A stretch of DNA of 64,000 nucleotides. Origin: an uncultured Acidobacteriota bacterium (GTDB lineage Bacteria; Acidobacteriota; UBA6911). Numbering within the stretch: the first letter of the stretch is position 1; each line of letters begins with the position of its first letter. The notes beneath the pieces are model-generated. The model had not been told where the DNA came from. It saw only the letters and a program-made list of their open reading frames with translations, and did no database searches. Location of the stretch: contig CAWJKZ010000021.1 of the NCBI GenBank assembly GCA_963843575.1, positions 96,001-160,000 of the forward strand. The letters run 5' to 3'. Of the stretch, positions 20,552 to 30,644 are shown piece after piece. The position numbers and the translations under genes were made by a program.

Positions 20552-23500
20552 TCATTCGTTCGGGGCAGCCCGCTTCGCGAGGCAACAGAGCGCGGGCAGT
20601 GCGACGAGCGAAATCACGAGCGTGGAGATCAAGCCGCCAAGGATGACGGTTGCGAGCGGTCTCTGGATATCCGAGCCGATACCGGTCGCGAACGCGGCCG
20701 GCGTGATCCCCAGGGCTGCGATGACTATGAGCATGAGGAGCGGGCGGAACTGCGCGCAGGCCCCGACGAGCACAGCCTGTTTCACGGGTTGGTCGTAGTC
20801 GTGCAGCTGCCGGTTGATCTCCGTCAGGTAGAGCACCCCCCCCATGACCGCCACGCCGAAAAGCGAAACGAAGCCCACGGCGGCCGACACGCTGAAATGG
20901 ATGCCGCGCAGATAAAGCGCGAGGATGCCGCCGGCGATGGAAAAGGGCACGTTGGCGAGCACCAGCGCGGCATCCCGTGTCGAGCCGAAGGTCCAGTAGA
21001 GGAGCACGAAGATCACGCCGATGGTGACCGGAAGGATCCATGCCAGCCGCTTGCGGGCACGTTCCAGGTTTTCGAACTGGCCGCCCCATTCCACGCGGTA
21101 CCCTGGGCCGAGGCTAACCTGCTCGGCACAAAGACTCTGCGCTTCGGCGACGAAGCTTCCCTGGTCTCGCCCGCGGATGTTGGTGCGGACGCTGATCTGG
21201 CGGCGGTTCTCCCGGCGCGCGATGATGCTGGAGCCGTCGGCCACGGTGATCGCTGCCAGCCGCCCCAGCGGGATACGGCTGCCGTCCACCGACGGCACCA
21301 GGATGTTGCCGATATCCGAGACCGTGCTCCGTGCATCCGGTGCGTAGCGCACGACGATGTCGAAGGACCGCTCGCCCTCGTACATTTGACTGACCGGCCG
21401 CCCTCCGACCGCCAGCTCGATGACCTCCTGCACGTCCTGCACGTTGATGCCGTAGCGCGCCACCTCCTGGCGGTTGACCTCGATCCGGAGTTGGGCCTGA
21501 TCGGCCTCCTGCTCGATGGCCGTGTCGCGGACCCCGGTACCTGGCGCAGTATGCCCAGCACCCGCGTCGCCTTGGCGCGGAGTTCGCGCAGATCGTCCCG
21601 CTGAGGATGACGGCCAGATCGGCGGAGGAGCCGGTGACCGCCTCGGTCACCATGTCGATGATGGGCTGTGTGAAGCTGAAGGCGGCGCCTGGGATGTTCT
21701 CGCGCAACCGCAGGGCGATTCCCTCGGTCAGGTCCGTCTTGTGTTTCCCCTTCGGCCAGGTCGAGTAGGGCTCGAGGGCGACCAGGAACTCGTTCCGGTT
21801 CGGCCCGAACGGCTCGGTGTTGGATTCCTGCCGCCCGGTCTGGGAAGTGACAAGCCTGACCTCATCGGACAGGGCGATCAGCCCGCGGACCTTGCCGGCG
21901 ACCTCGGCCGATTTTTCCAGCGAGATGCCGGGCGGGAGTATGCACCGCACCCAGAGTACGCCTTCGTCAAGTTGCGGGAGGAACTCGGTCCCGAGCCGGC
22001 CCCCCAGCGAGAAGCAGCCGGCGAGGAGGAGGGCGATGCCGGCGGTGACTCGCCACGGTCGGGTCAGGAGGAATCGGAGCAGGGCCTCGTAGCGGCGCGT
22101 GAGCCAGGGGATGAAGGGATTGCGCCAGCCGCGGAATCCCCTTCCGAACAGAAACGTCGCCAGGACCGGCACGACCAGCAGCGCGATCACCAGCGCGCCG
22201 GCTAGCGCGGCGCAGATGGTGAAGGCCATCGGGGTGAAGAGCCGGCGCTCTACCCGTTCCAGCGTGAACAGCGGCAGGTAGGCGGCCACCAGGATAAGCA
22301 GGGAGAAGAAGACGGGTCGCTGCATCTCTGTGGCGGCCTGCCTGACCATGTCCTGCGTGCGGTGGCGCGACTCGGGATGGGGATCGTGGCGCAAGCGTCG
22401 CACGATGTACTCCACCATGACCAGGGTTCCGTCCACGATGATGCCGAAGTCGAGCGCGCCGAGGCTGAGCAGGTTGGCCGGGATGCCGTACAGGTGCATG
22501 CACCCGAACGCCAGCAGGAGCGACATCGGGACGGTGACGGCCGTGAGCAGGGCGGCCTGGAAGCTCCCCAGGAAGAACACGAGCACCAGGAACACGATCG
22601 CGAGCCCCTCGGCGAGCGTGCGGGAGACGGTCCGGAGCGTGTTTTGAATCAGTTCAGAACGGTCGTAGATCGGGACGATTCGGACCGACGGGGGGAGACC
22701 CCTCTCATTCAGTTCGTCCACCGCATCCCGCACGCCGGCCAGCACCTCGCTCGGGTTCTCGCCTCGACGCATGGCGACCACGCCTTCGACCCGGCCCGAT
22801 TCGCCGTCGATGCCGAAGATGCCGGCCGGCGGTTCCGCCCCGATGTTGACGCGCGCAACATCGCGCACGAAGATCGGGGTGCCTCGGTTGGACGCCACGA
22901 CAATGTTTTCGATGTCGCCAACGGACCGGACCGCTCCGACACCCCGGACGACCATGGCCTGCTGCCCGTGGGGGAGCAGGGAGCCGCCGGCGTTCTGATT
23001 GTTCGCACTGACCGAATCGGCGATGCTGTCGATGGTCAGGTCGTATTTGTAGAGGGCCAGCGGATCGATTTCGATCTGGTACTGCTTTATCAGGCCGCCG
23101 AACGGGAATACGTCGCCCACGCCGGGGACCTGCAGGAGGCGGGGCGCGATCACCCAATCCTGCAGTTCCCGCAATGCCATCGGGCCGGACTCGGGGCCCG
23201 TGATGGTGTAGCGGTAGAGTTCGCCCGCCGGGGACGTCGGCGGGGCCAGCGTGGGGTTGACCTGGTCGGGGAGGTCGGCGTCGCGCAGTCTCTCGAGCAC
23301 CACCTGCCGGGCGAAGTAGTCGTCGGTGCCGTACGCGAAAGTCAGGTCCACGACGGAAAGCCCGAAAATGGTGCGCGACCTGCGCGCCAGGACCCGGGGC
23401 ACGCTGTTCAGTGCTCGTTCGACGGGCACGGTGACCTGTTGCTCCACCTCCTCCACGGCGTGTCCGGGGTACAGCGTGATGACGATGACCTGTGTTTCGG

Positions 23501-23627
23501 ACAGGTCGGGATAGGCTTCCACCTTCAACCGGGCGAACGCCCACAGCCCCAGCCCGGCGGCTCCGAGGGTCACCAGGAGCGTGATCACACGGTGGCGAAA
23601 GGCCAGGGGCAGGAGGTTGGCAATCAA
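20552..23627 (-). pseudogene. czcA: CzcA/CusA-family heavy-metal RND permease with two apparent 1-bp deletions (about 21597 and 21526); pseudogene or sequencing error
   Basis: TTG start overlaps the adaptor stop; EAYPDLS, ANLLSLGALDFGIIVDG, GTEFLPQLDEG, WGGQFEN and GSDIQRPLATV motifs are spread over three frames. Confidence 0.85.
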
Positions 23628-24793
23628 CTCGCGCCTCCCGCGCTGCCGTGCAGCAGGATCGCGGCGTCGACCACCACCCGCTCGCCTGCGCGGATGCCGG
23701 AGAGTATTGCCACTCCCTGCCCGACAGACGCTCCCGTCTCGACCTTGACGCGCTGAAACTTCCCGGGGCGCTCTTCGACGAAGACCCACGAACTCCCTTC
23801 GGCCTGGACGACCGCCGCCCGCGGCACAACTGGCAGGGTGCGGGTGCCGTGGGAATGCCGGATTCTTGCGAACATTTCGGGAAGGAAGCGGCCGGCGCGG
23901 TTCCCAAGCTCGGTGCAGACCTGGACGCACCGGGTCTGAGGGTCCACCGTATCTGCGACGCGCAGGACGCGGCCGCCGAAGACCTCCCCGGGGTAGGCGG
24001 CCAGCTCGATCCTGACAAGCTCGCCTTGCTTGATCAACCGTATCGAGCTCTCCGGAACCGCCGATGTGACCCAGAGGGTGCTGAGGTCTGCGACGGTGAT
24101 GAGTGGCTCGGTCGTGTCGTTGCGATACTCGCCGTGGACCACCTTGAGCTCGAGCACCTTGCCGGCGATCGGCGAGCGCACGACGACCTGTTGGCCGAAG
24201 ACGCCGGGCTGCAGTCCGAGGATCGCGATCCGGCGGCGGCATTGCTCGCCGGCGGCGAGCGCCTCCTTCAGCGCCGCCTCGGCCGTGGTGAGGTCGCTTT
24301 CGGCGTGGAGCACGTCTTTCTGGGCCATGGCCCCGTGGCCGAACAGGTCCTGGGCGCGCTCGAGGTCGGCCCGCGCCTTGGAGAGGGTCGCGCGCACCTG
24401 CAGCTGGCTGGCTTCGGCGCGAAGGTAGTCCGACATGGCCGCTTCGGCCTCGGGGCTCTCCACGCGCAGCAGCTCCTGCCCCTGAGCCACCGCGTCCCCG
24501 AGTCGCACTTCCACCGCCGCGATGCGGCCGGCGACGGGGAGCACGATCCGGGAGATCCGATTGGGGTTGATCTCAAGTTTACCGGGGGCGACAACTTCGT
24601 CCTGTGGTATGGGGGCCGATTTCGCGGGACCGGTCCGAATCTGGGCGAGCTTCGGGGAGTTGGGGGCGAAGACTACGCGTCCGTCCGTCGGGCTCCCCGC
24701 CGCGGCTCCGGCCGCCACGCTCCGGGCAGGATTCCCGGGATGGCAACCTGAACCAAAGAGTGCGACCAGCAGTATGATCTGACAAGTTCTCAT
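23624..24793 (-). CDS. RND efflux periplasmic adaptor subunit (CzcB-like)
   Basis: Lipoprotein-like N-terminus (FGSGC), VRSPIAGKV, VADLSTLWV, VDPQTR, PEMFA. Confidence 0.92.
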   Translation of the reverse strand: MRTCQIILLVALFGSGCHPGNPARSVAAGAAAGSPTDGRVVFAPNSPKLAQIRTGPAKSAPIPQDEVVAPGKLEINPNRISRIVLPVAGRIAAVEVRLGDAVAQGQELLRVESPEAEAAMSDYLRAEASQLQVRATLSKARADLERAQDLFGHGAMAQKDVLHAESDLTTAEAALKEALAAGEQCRRRIAILGLQPGVFGQQVVVRSPIAGKVLELKVVHGEYRNDTTEPLITVADLSTLWVTSAVPESSIRLIKQGELVRIELAAYPGEVFGGRVLRVADTVDPQTRCVQVCTELGNRAGRFLPEMFARIRHSHGTRTLPVVPRAAVVQAEGSSWVFVEERPGKFQRVKVETGASVGQGVAILSGIRAGERVVVDAAILLHGSAGGAS

Positions 24794-26085
24794 GGTTTCA
24801 CCTCTTTCCCGGACACCGAGTCGAGGATGTAAAGGGCGCGGGCGTACTCCGCGCGGGCTTCGTGGTAACTCTGCATCGTTTCGTTGAATGCGCGCTCGGC
24901 GTCGAGCAGCTCGAGCAAGGTCGCATCACCACGACGGTAGGAATAGACGGTGATTTCGCGGACGTCGCGCGCCTGGCCGACCATCGCGGCGTCGATGTCG
25001 TGCAGGAGGTCGCGAGCTGTGGCGTATTGCTGGTAGGCGGCGTCGATTTCCGCGGAGAGCCGCTGTTCGAGCGCGCGCCCCCGCAATTCCAGCTGACGCT
25101 GTTCCCGGCGAGCGCGCTCGATTTCGCCCTGGTTCCGGTCGAAGAGGGGCAGCGGGATCTCGAGGAAGAAGCCGAGCGAATTGCTTTTTCCGTTGGCTCC
25201 CTGCTGCCGGCGATACTCCGCCCCCACCATATAGTCTTGGCTGGCCTGCGCCTGCTGCAACCGCACCTCGGCACCGGCGCGCTCGATATCACCGCGGAGG
25301 GCGAGTAGGTCGGGGCGCAGCCGCAAGGCACGCTCCTTCAGCACCTCGAGGGGCGATACGGCGGGGTCGCGCCTCAGGTCCCCCTCGACGTCTCGCACGG
25401 ACTCGGGCTGAGTCCTGCCCATCAGGGTCGCCAGCCGGGTCAATGCCTGGTTCAGGCGCAGCTCGCTCCGCCGGACTGAATTTCGAAACTGAAGCGCCGC
25501 CAGCCTTGAGCGGATCAGTTCCACTCTGGAAAGGTCGCCTGCCCGGGCGCGTGCCTCGTTGATCTCCACGATCCGGTCGAGCGATTCGAGGCTGAGCCGG
25601 GCTACCGAGAGGCTGTCGCGCGCGAGCTGGGCGTCGACAAAGGCACTCTGCGTGTCGAGCACCAGGATGCGTGCGGCATCCAGAAACGCGAGCTCCGTCA
25701 CCGTGCGCGCCAAGCGCGCCGATTGCACGCGCCAGCGGCGCTTCGCGCCGCGCTCGAGCAGGAGATCCGAGCGCAGGTTCAGTTCGGACGGCCCGGCGCC
25801 GTTGGCCTCGCTGAATCCCGTGCCGGCCAGATCCAGGTGGTCGCCTCCGGCGCTGAGCACCGGGTTGGGTCGCAGCCTGGCGGTGATGACGCGCGCTTCG
25901 GCGATGCCGACGTTGGCCTTTTCCGCCAGGAGCGACAGGTTGTTGCGGAGCGCCTCGTCGACCGCCTGTTCTATGCTGATCCTGGCCGGATCCGCCGCGG
26001 GCTGGTCGTTCTGAGCCGGGGCCCGCCGCGCCGCGGCCGTCCAGACCAGCGCCGCGATGCACAAACCGATTGCAGTGTGCTGCAC
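24790..26085 (-). CDS. TolC-family outer membrane efflux protein (CzcC-like)
   Basis: GTG start with AGAGGA RBS, signal peptide, ARLRPNP, IPLPLFDRNQGEI, LLELLDAER. Confidence 0.9.
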   Translation of the reverse strand: MQHTAIGLCIAALVWTAAARRAPAQNDQPAADPARISIEQAVDEALRNNLSLLAEKANVGIAEARVITARLRPNPVLSAGGDHLDLAGTGFSEANGAGPSELNLRSDLLLERGAKRRWRVQSARLARTVTELAFLDAARILVLDTQSAFVDAQLARDSLSVARLSLESLDRIVEINEARARAGDLSRVELIRSRLAALQFRNSVRRSELRLNQALTRLATLMGRTQPESVRDVEGDLRRDPAVSPLEVLKERALRLRPDLLALRGDIERAGAEVRLQQAQASQDYMVGAEYRRQQGANGKSNSLGFFLEIPLPLFDRNQGEIERARREQRQLELRGRALEQRLSAEIDAAYQQYATARDLLHDIDAAMVGQARDVREITVYSYRRGDATLLELLDAERAFNETMQSYHEARAEYARALYILDSVSGKEVKP

Positions 26086-26150
26086 GATGGCTGTTCCTCT
26101 CTTACGTGGGGATGGAAGCACCCGGACGTCGAGTCAGGGCAGGACAAGGG

Positions 26151-26450
26151 TCAGACGGCGGGGTGGAGAGGTGGAGCCCGGACCGGAGTTTCCCGGAGGA
26201 CGGTGGTGGGGGTGAAGCCGATCTTGCTCAGGCAATTGGAAATGACGAAGGTCGGGGTCGGCGGTTCGATGCCTATTGGATGGGCGAGGTCTTCGGACCA
26301 CGATCCGTGTTCGAGGTTGGTGAATGCGCAGGGTTGCGCCGAAAGCCTGTTGTGCCGGTGCCACGGGCTGAAGAGAAAGAGGCTCAGGCCGGTGATGCTG
26401 AAGAGAACAGTGAGACTGACCAGCCTTCTCGATCGAGCGTATCTGCCCAT
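26151..26450 (-). CDS. Small DUF2946/CzcI-like leader protein ending in a RAPP motif
   Basis: 99 aa: TM helix, WHRH...PCAFTNLEH, C-terminal PVRAPPLHPAV; 65 bp upstream of the czcC-like gene. Confidence 0.7.
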   Translation of the reverse strand: MGRYARSRRLVSLTVLFSITGLSLFLFSPWHRHNRLSAQPCAFTNLEHGSWSEDLAHPIGIEPPTPTFVISNCLSKIGFTPTTVLRETPVRAPPLHPAV

Positions 26451-26559
26451 GCGACGTCCCACAGTTAACGTGCCTACATTAACACAGTCGAATCTGGAGT
26501 CGTGTCTTGAAAATCCATTGGGAACCCAGAACGAGGGAAGGACCGGTGGCCCGGCCAAG

Positions 26560-26587
26560 GTGGGCCGCGTCGGCCCGACGCGGCCCC
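26560..26587 (+). repeat. REP-like hairpin, family B
   Basis: GTGGGCCGCGTCGGCCCGACGCGGCCCC. Confidence 0.8.
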
Positions 26588-26637
26588 TGACTCGGGGTAC
26601 ACCTCTTACGAAGCTTGAACCGCAGGGCGAGGACGGC

Positions 26638-26686
26638 AAAAACAACTCGACACGCAGGACACGGAAAAAAGCAGAAGGACACGGAA
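26638..26686 (+). repeat. Dispersed ACACGGAA-type repeat
   Basis: AAACAACTCGACACGCAGGACACGGAAAAAAGCAGAAGGACACGGAA aligns with the reverse complement of 33341-33387. Confidence 0.65.
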
Positions 26687-26697
26687 GGCCGAGTCCT

Positions 26698-26747
26698 GTG
26701 TGGCGGGTTTGCCGTCGCGTACGGCCGAAACTGCAAATCCGCCACAC
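26698..26747. repeat. Inverted repeat GTGTGGCGGGTTTGC / GCAAATCCGCCACAC (REP-like)
   Basis: 15-bp arms with 1 mismatch and a 20-bp spacer. Confidence 0.6.
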
Positions 26748-27046
26748 GGCCGCTTCCCGGCGTCCTGCGCCTGGCGCGACCGTATCGCGAACAGGGACTT
26801 CCACTTGCGCCCGGGAAACCGCGCGGCTCGCGGCTGGCACGGGAGGTGCAACTCAAGGGGTGACCGAAGAGAGGGGATCGGCGGGACCGGTCCCCGGCCA
26901 GTGCAAGCGACCTGATGAGGGCCCCCGCGGGTTTCCACACCGGTGGGCGGCCCTCCAGGCCGAACCGGTGACGAAGCAGTCATTCACCGGAGCGAACTCG
27001 ACGCGCGATTGGCTTCAACCGCGCGTCCAATTGTCGGAGGCGAAAC

Positions 27047-27448
27047 ATGAAGCACAAAACGGTTGTAACCCTGTTTGCGTTTAGCTCCCTCGTGGCGCTG
27101 AGCGGTGTGTCGGCTTTTGGCATGGCCCCGGATGGCATCAGAGCCAAAGTCCCGTTCGAATTCAGGGTCGGAAGCGTGACGCTGCCCGCCGGGGAATACC
27201 TGATCACCAGCGAATCCGCCAACGATCCGGAGCTTCTCGAACTGCGCAACGAGAACGGCTCGCCCTCGGTGCTGATCATGGCGCAGCCGCTCTATCCGAA
27301 TTCCGGCGTCTCGGTCAAACCGGAACTCGTGTTCAAGCGCGTCGGCAACCTGGAATACCTGACCCAGATCTGGGACAGTGCAGGCGAAGCGGGCGAGCGG
27401 GTGCTCGAGCCGGCGTTGGTGAACAAGTCGGGCCACCACAAGAGCTGA
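27047..27448 (+). CDS. Small secreted protein of the Acidobacteria-type VPFxF-x-VG-xxxLPAGxY family
   Basis: GGAGG RBS, signal peptide, IRAKVPFEFRVGSVTLPAGEY, LVFKRVGNLEYLTQIW. Confidence 0.85.
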   Translation: MKHKTVVTLFAFSSLVALSGVSAFGMAPDGIRAKVPFEFRVGSVTLPAGEYLITSESANDPELLELRNENGSPSVLIMAQPLYPNSGVSVKPELVFKRVGNLEYLTQIWDSAGEAGERVLEPALVNKSGHHKS

Positions 27449-27457
27449 GCGCCGCGG

Positions 27458-27539
27458 CCTTGGAGATCCTTTGAGCTCTTCGAGAAACCTTGGAGGTGGT
27501 TTTCAGAGCTCGCCTCCTGGGCTCGAAGAGCTCGAAGAG
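27458..27539. repeat. CTCGAAG 9-bp-periodic palindromic repeat
   Basis: CTTGGAG/CTTTGAG/CTTCGAG left arm and CTCGAAG right arm; related copies at 35149, 37901, 40829, 54444 and 59124. Confidence 0.7.
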
Positions 27540-27546
27540 TAACGAC

Positions 27547-27573
27547 GGGCGGGGGCGGGCCGACCCCGCCCAC
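27547..27573 (-). repeat. REP-like hairpin, family B variant (GTGGGCGGGGTCGGCCCGCCCCCGCCC)
   Basis: Matches 36556-36583 and 62400-62426. Confidence 0.75.
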
Positions 27574-27654
27574 ATGGGCCCGGGGAAAAAACCGGTATCG
27601 GGTCCACCCGCGTTGACTTACAATCGCGCCGGGGCGCACAGGAGGGGTCCCGGC

Positions 27655-30282
27655 ATGATCGGCCGAACCGTCCTGCATTACCGGATCGTCGAGAAGGTCG
27701 GCGAGGGCGGGATGGGTGGGGTCTACAAGGCGCGGGACCTGCACCTGGACCGCTTCGTCGCCCTGAAGGTCCTTCCGCCGGAGCGGACTTCCGATCCGGA
27801 CCGCAGGCTGCGCTTCATCCAGGAGGCCAGGACGGCCTCCGCACTCAACCACGCCAACATCGTCACCATTCACGACATCGCCGAAGTGGACGGGACGCAC
27901 TTCATCGTGATGGAGTACGTTTCGGGCAAGACGATCGACCAGCGGATCGGGCGTTCGGGGCTGCGGGTGGGCGAGACCCTGAAGTACGCGGTCCAGATTG
28001 CCGAGGCGCTGGCCAAGGCGCACGCCGCCGGAGTGGTCCACAGGGACCTGAAGCCCTCCAACGTCATAGTCACGGACGACGGCGTGGTGAAGATCCTGGA
28101 CTTCGGTCTTGCCAAACTCCGGGAACCCGCGCAGGAGGGCGAGGTCGGCACCACCGCGACGGCGGAGAGCGGGATCAAGCCCATCACGGAAGACGGGGCC
28201 ATCGTGGGGACGGTGGCCTACATGTCCCCGGAACAGGCGGAGGGCAAGGCGGTCGACGCGCGGTCCGACATTTTTTCCTTCGGCGCGATGCTCTACGAGA
28301 TGCTGACCGGGCGGAAGGCGTTCCAGGGCGACAGCAAGATATCCACCCTCTCGGCCATCCTGTACAGGGAGCCCGCCCCGCTGGGCCCTGAAGTTCCCCG
28401 CGATCTGGAAAAGGTCGTCACGCGGTGCCTGCGCAAGGATCCCGAGCGCCGTTTCCAGCACATGGAGGATCTGAAGGTCGCGCTGAACGAGTTGAAGGAG
28501 GAGTCGGATTCCGGGAGGCTGGCCTCCGGCGTTTTCGCGCCGGGCGTGGGCGGCGGCCCCGGCCGCCGACGCGCGGCGTGGGCGGCGGGAGTAGTCCTGG
28601 CCGTGCTGGCGCTGACGGCGTGGTATTTCCTCCGGCCGGCAGCGCGGGTCGGCAACCGGGCCCCCGAGCCGGAGACGGCGCGCACCGGACACCTGACGCT
28701 ACTGTTTTCTTCGGATGGCCGGGCATCCGACCCGGCCGTTTCCCCCGACGGCAAGATGATCGCCTATGTGGCGGAGGACAAGGGGCGGGAGGACCTTTTC
28801 GTCAGCCGCGTGGCGGGTGGCGGGCGGGTGCGGCTGACCGACGACGAGGCCCTGGAATCGACCCCCGAGTTCTCCCCCGACGGCGAGCGCATCGTCTTCA
28901 CCCGCGCGGGGTCGGATTCCAGGAGGCCCGAGGTCTGGACTGTCCCGACTCTCGGCGGACAGGCCGCGCGGGTGCTCCCAGACGCGCTGGAGGCGGCGTG
29001 GTCGGCCGACGGGACCCGGCTTGCGCTGGTCCTGCGACGGCCGGGAGAGGGGGACACGCTCGCCACCTGCGCGTCGGACGGCACGAACCTGGCGCCGGTG
29101 TTGCGCAGCGACGGCAACTACCCGTTCTTCCGCCACCCCGCCTGGTCGCCCGACGGCACGCAGCTCGTCGCGGTGAGAAGCACGGGGGGTGTGGCGGGCG
29201 AGCTCTGGCTGGTGCCGATGCAGGGAGTCCCGCGCCGACTGTGGGTCGATGCGCCGAACGTTTCCAGCAACGAACCGGTTTTCACCGCCGATGGGCGCGG
29301 CATACTGCACGAGTCGAACCGTGCCGGCGCCACGAACCTCTGGATCCTGCCGCTGGGCGGCGGCCCGCCCACTCGGCTCACCACGGGCCCCGGTCCCGAC
29401 CAGTCGCCGAGCGCCGCGCGCAGCGGCGTGATCACGTTCCTGAATGCGCGCTCGCGCTGCGGCCTCATCGTCTGCGACCTCGCTGGCGGGGAGAAGCGCG
29501 AGATCATGTCGCACTCTGCCTACATGTGGAGCCCGGCCTTCTCGCCGAAAGGGGACGATCTGACCATCAGCCTGTCCGGCAAGGACGGCTCGTGGCACGT
29601 CTGGATCGTGCCGGTCCGGGGCGGGTCCGCGCGGCAGCTGACCTCGAGCCCGCTCCCCGAGGTGTACGCCCGCTTCACCCCGGACGGAGCCTCGGTCCTC
29701 TATCACACGTGGAGCTCCGCGCCGGATCGCATCTGGCGCGTGCCGCTGGCCGGAGGGGCTCCCGTCGCCGTCACGCCGGCCCGCGACGAGGACGATGCCT
29801 ACGCCGACGTCTCGCCCGACGGCCGGTGGATCGCCTTCGCGCGCACCGAACAGGAAATCACGCGCGTTTATGTCGCCCCTTTAGCCGGCGGCGCGGCACG
29901 GCGCCTGACGGACTTGCCCTCGACCCTGCCGCGCTGGTCGCCGGACGGGCGCACCATCGCCTTCAGCGCCAACCGCGGCTATGCCGGCGGAGTGTTCGTG
30001 ATCGGCGCAGACGGCACGGGAATGCGCCGCCTTTCCGAGACCGGCGGCTGGCCGGTCTGGTGGCCCGACGGCAGACGGATCGCGTTTCAGGGTATGGGCC
30101 CCGACGGCCACGAGGAGATTTTCGAGATCCCGCTCGGCGGCGGGGCGCCGAAGCCGCTCGACGTCTTGCGGTTCAGAGGGACCAACAATCCCTTCGACAT
30201 CTCCTCGGACGGCAGGCTGCTCGCCACCACCAACTGCCTCGACATCTCGTCAGAAATCTGGCTACTGGAGCCTGCCCGCTAG
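27655..30282 (+). CDS. Hanks-type Ser/Thr protein kinase with TM helix and TolB/PD40 beta-propellers
   Basis: GEGGMGGVY, VALK, HRDLKPSN, DFGLAK, YMSPEQ; many SPDG repeats; ATG 27655 with GGAGG RBS. Confidence 0.95.
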   Translation: MIGRTVLHYRIVEKVGEGGMGGVYKARDLHLDRFVALKVLPPERTSDPDRRLRFIQEARTASALNHANIVTIHDIAEVDGTHFIVMEYVSGKTIDQRIGRSGLRVGETLKYAVQIAEALAKAHAAGVVHRDLKPSNVIVTDDGVVKILDFGLAKLREPAQEGEVGTTATAESGIKPITEDGAIVGTVAYMSPEQAEGKAVDARSDIFSFGAMLYEMLTGRKAFQGDSKISTLSAILYREPAPLGPEVPRDLEKVVTRCLRKDPERRFQHMEDLKVALNELKEESDSGRLASGVFAPGVGGGPGRRRAAWAAGVVLAVLALTAWYFLRPAARVGNRAPEPETARTGHLTLLFSSDGRASDPAVSPDGKMIAYVAEDKGREDLFVSRVAGGGRVRLTDDEALESTPEFSPDGERIVFTRAGSDSRRPEVWTVPTLGGQAARVLPDALEAAWSADGTRLALVLRRPGEGDTLATCASDGTNLAPVLRSDGNYPFFRHPAWSPDGTQLVAVRSTGGVAGELWLVPMQGVPRRLWVDAPNVSSNEPVFTADGRGILHESNRAGATNLWILPLGGGPPTRLTTGPGPDQSPSAARSGVITFLNARSRCGLIVCDLAGGEKREIMSHSAYMWSPAFSPKGDDLTISLSGKDGSWHVWIVPVRGGSARQLTSSPLPEVYARFTPDGASVLYHTWSSAPDRIWRVPLAGGAPVAVTPARDEDDAYADVSPDGRWIAFARTEQEITRVYVAPLAGGAARRLTDLPSTLPRWSPDGRTIAFSANRGYAGGVFVIGADGTGMRRLSETGGWPVWWPDGRRIAFQGMGPDGHEEIFEIPLGGGAPKPLDVLRFRGTNNPFDISSDGRLLATTNCLDISSEIWLLEPAR

Positions 30283-30644
30283 CGTGCGCCCCCTGGTTAA
30301 GAAAGCTCTCATCGATGAGTCCTCGCAGTCGCGATTTGCCGCTTGACTCCCGGCAGGCAAAAGCGACAGCATCGGTACTCGAGAAACCCCGAAAGTTCGG
30401 ATGGACCGCCCTGAATCCAGTGGTTTGAGCGGTCGTGGGCACCGCGGGCAGGATGCCGGTGCACCGGACCCTCCACGCGCTGCATCCCCTCGCAGTGGCG
30501 GTGGTTCTTGGTATGAGGAAGCCCTGCGTTCCGTGCAGAACAACCGCAGGTGTGCCGGCCCGGCAGATCCGCTGCCGGCCGGATTCGAACAGGCAATCTC
30601 AACCGTCCGGGGCGCTCACGCCCCGGACGCCCGGAGGAACATTC

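Noticed and set aside
21520-21600. Programmed frameshifting in czcA
   Set aside because: Two separate shifts would be needed and no slippery heptamer is present
27010-27024. Sigma-54 promoter upstream of the small secreted protein (TGGCTTCAACCGCGC)
   Set aside because: GG-N10-GC spacing fits but both boxes deviate from consensus; too weak in GC-rich DNA
25723-27084. 453-aa plus-strand ORF across the czcC promoter region
   Set aside because: It is antisense to czcC and the RAPP leader and reads through repeat elements
27458-27573. Periodic repeats as a CRISPR array
   Set aside because: No constant 23-47 bp repeats with unique spacers and no cas genes
30340-30440. Possible riboswitch (c-di-GMP-like GGCAAA/GAAA) upstream of the S8 protease
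   Set aside because: The required paired stems and the second conserved motif could not be built; an Infernal/Rfam scan would be needed
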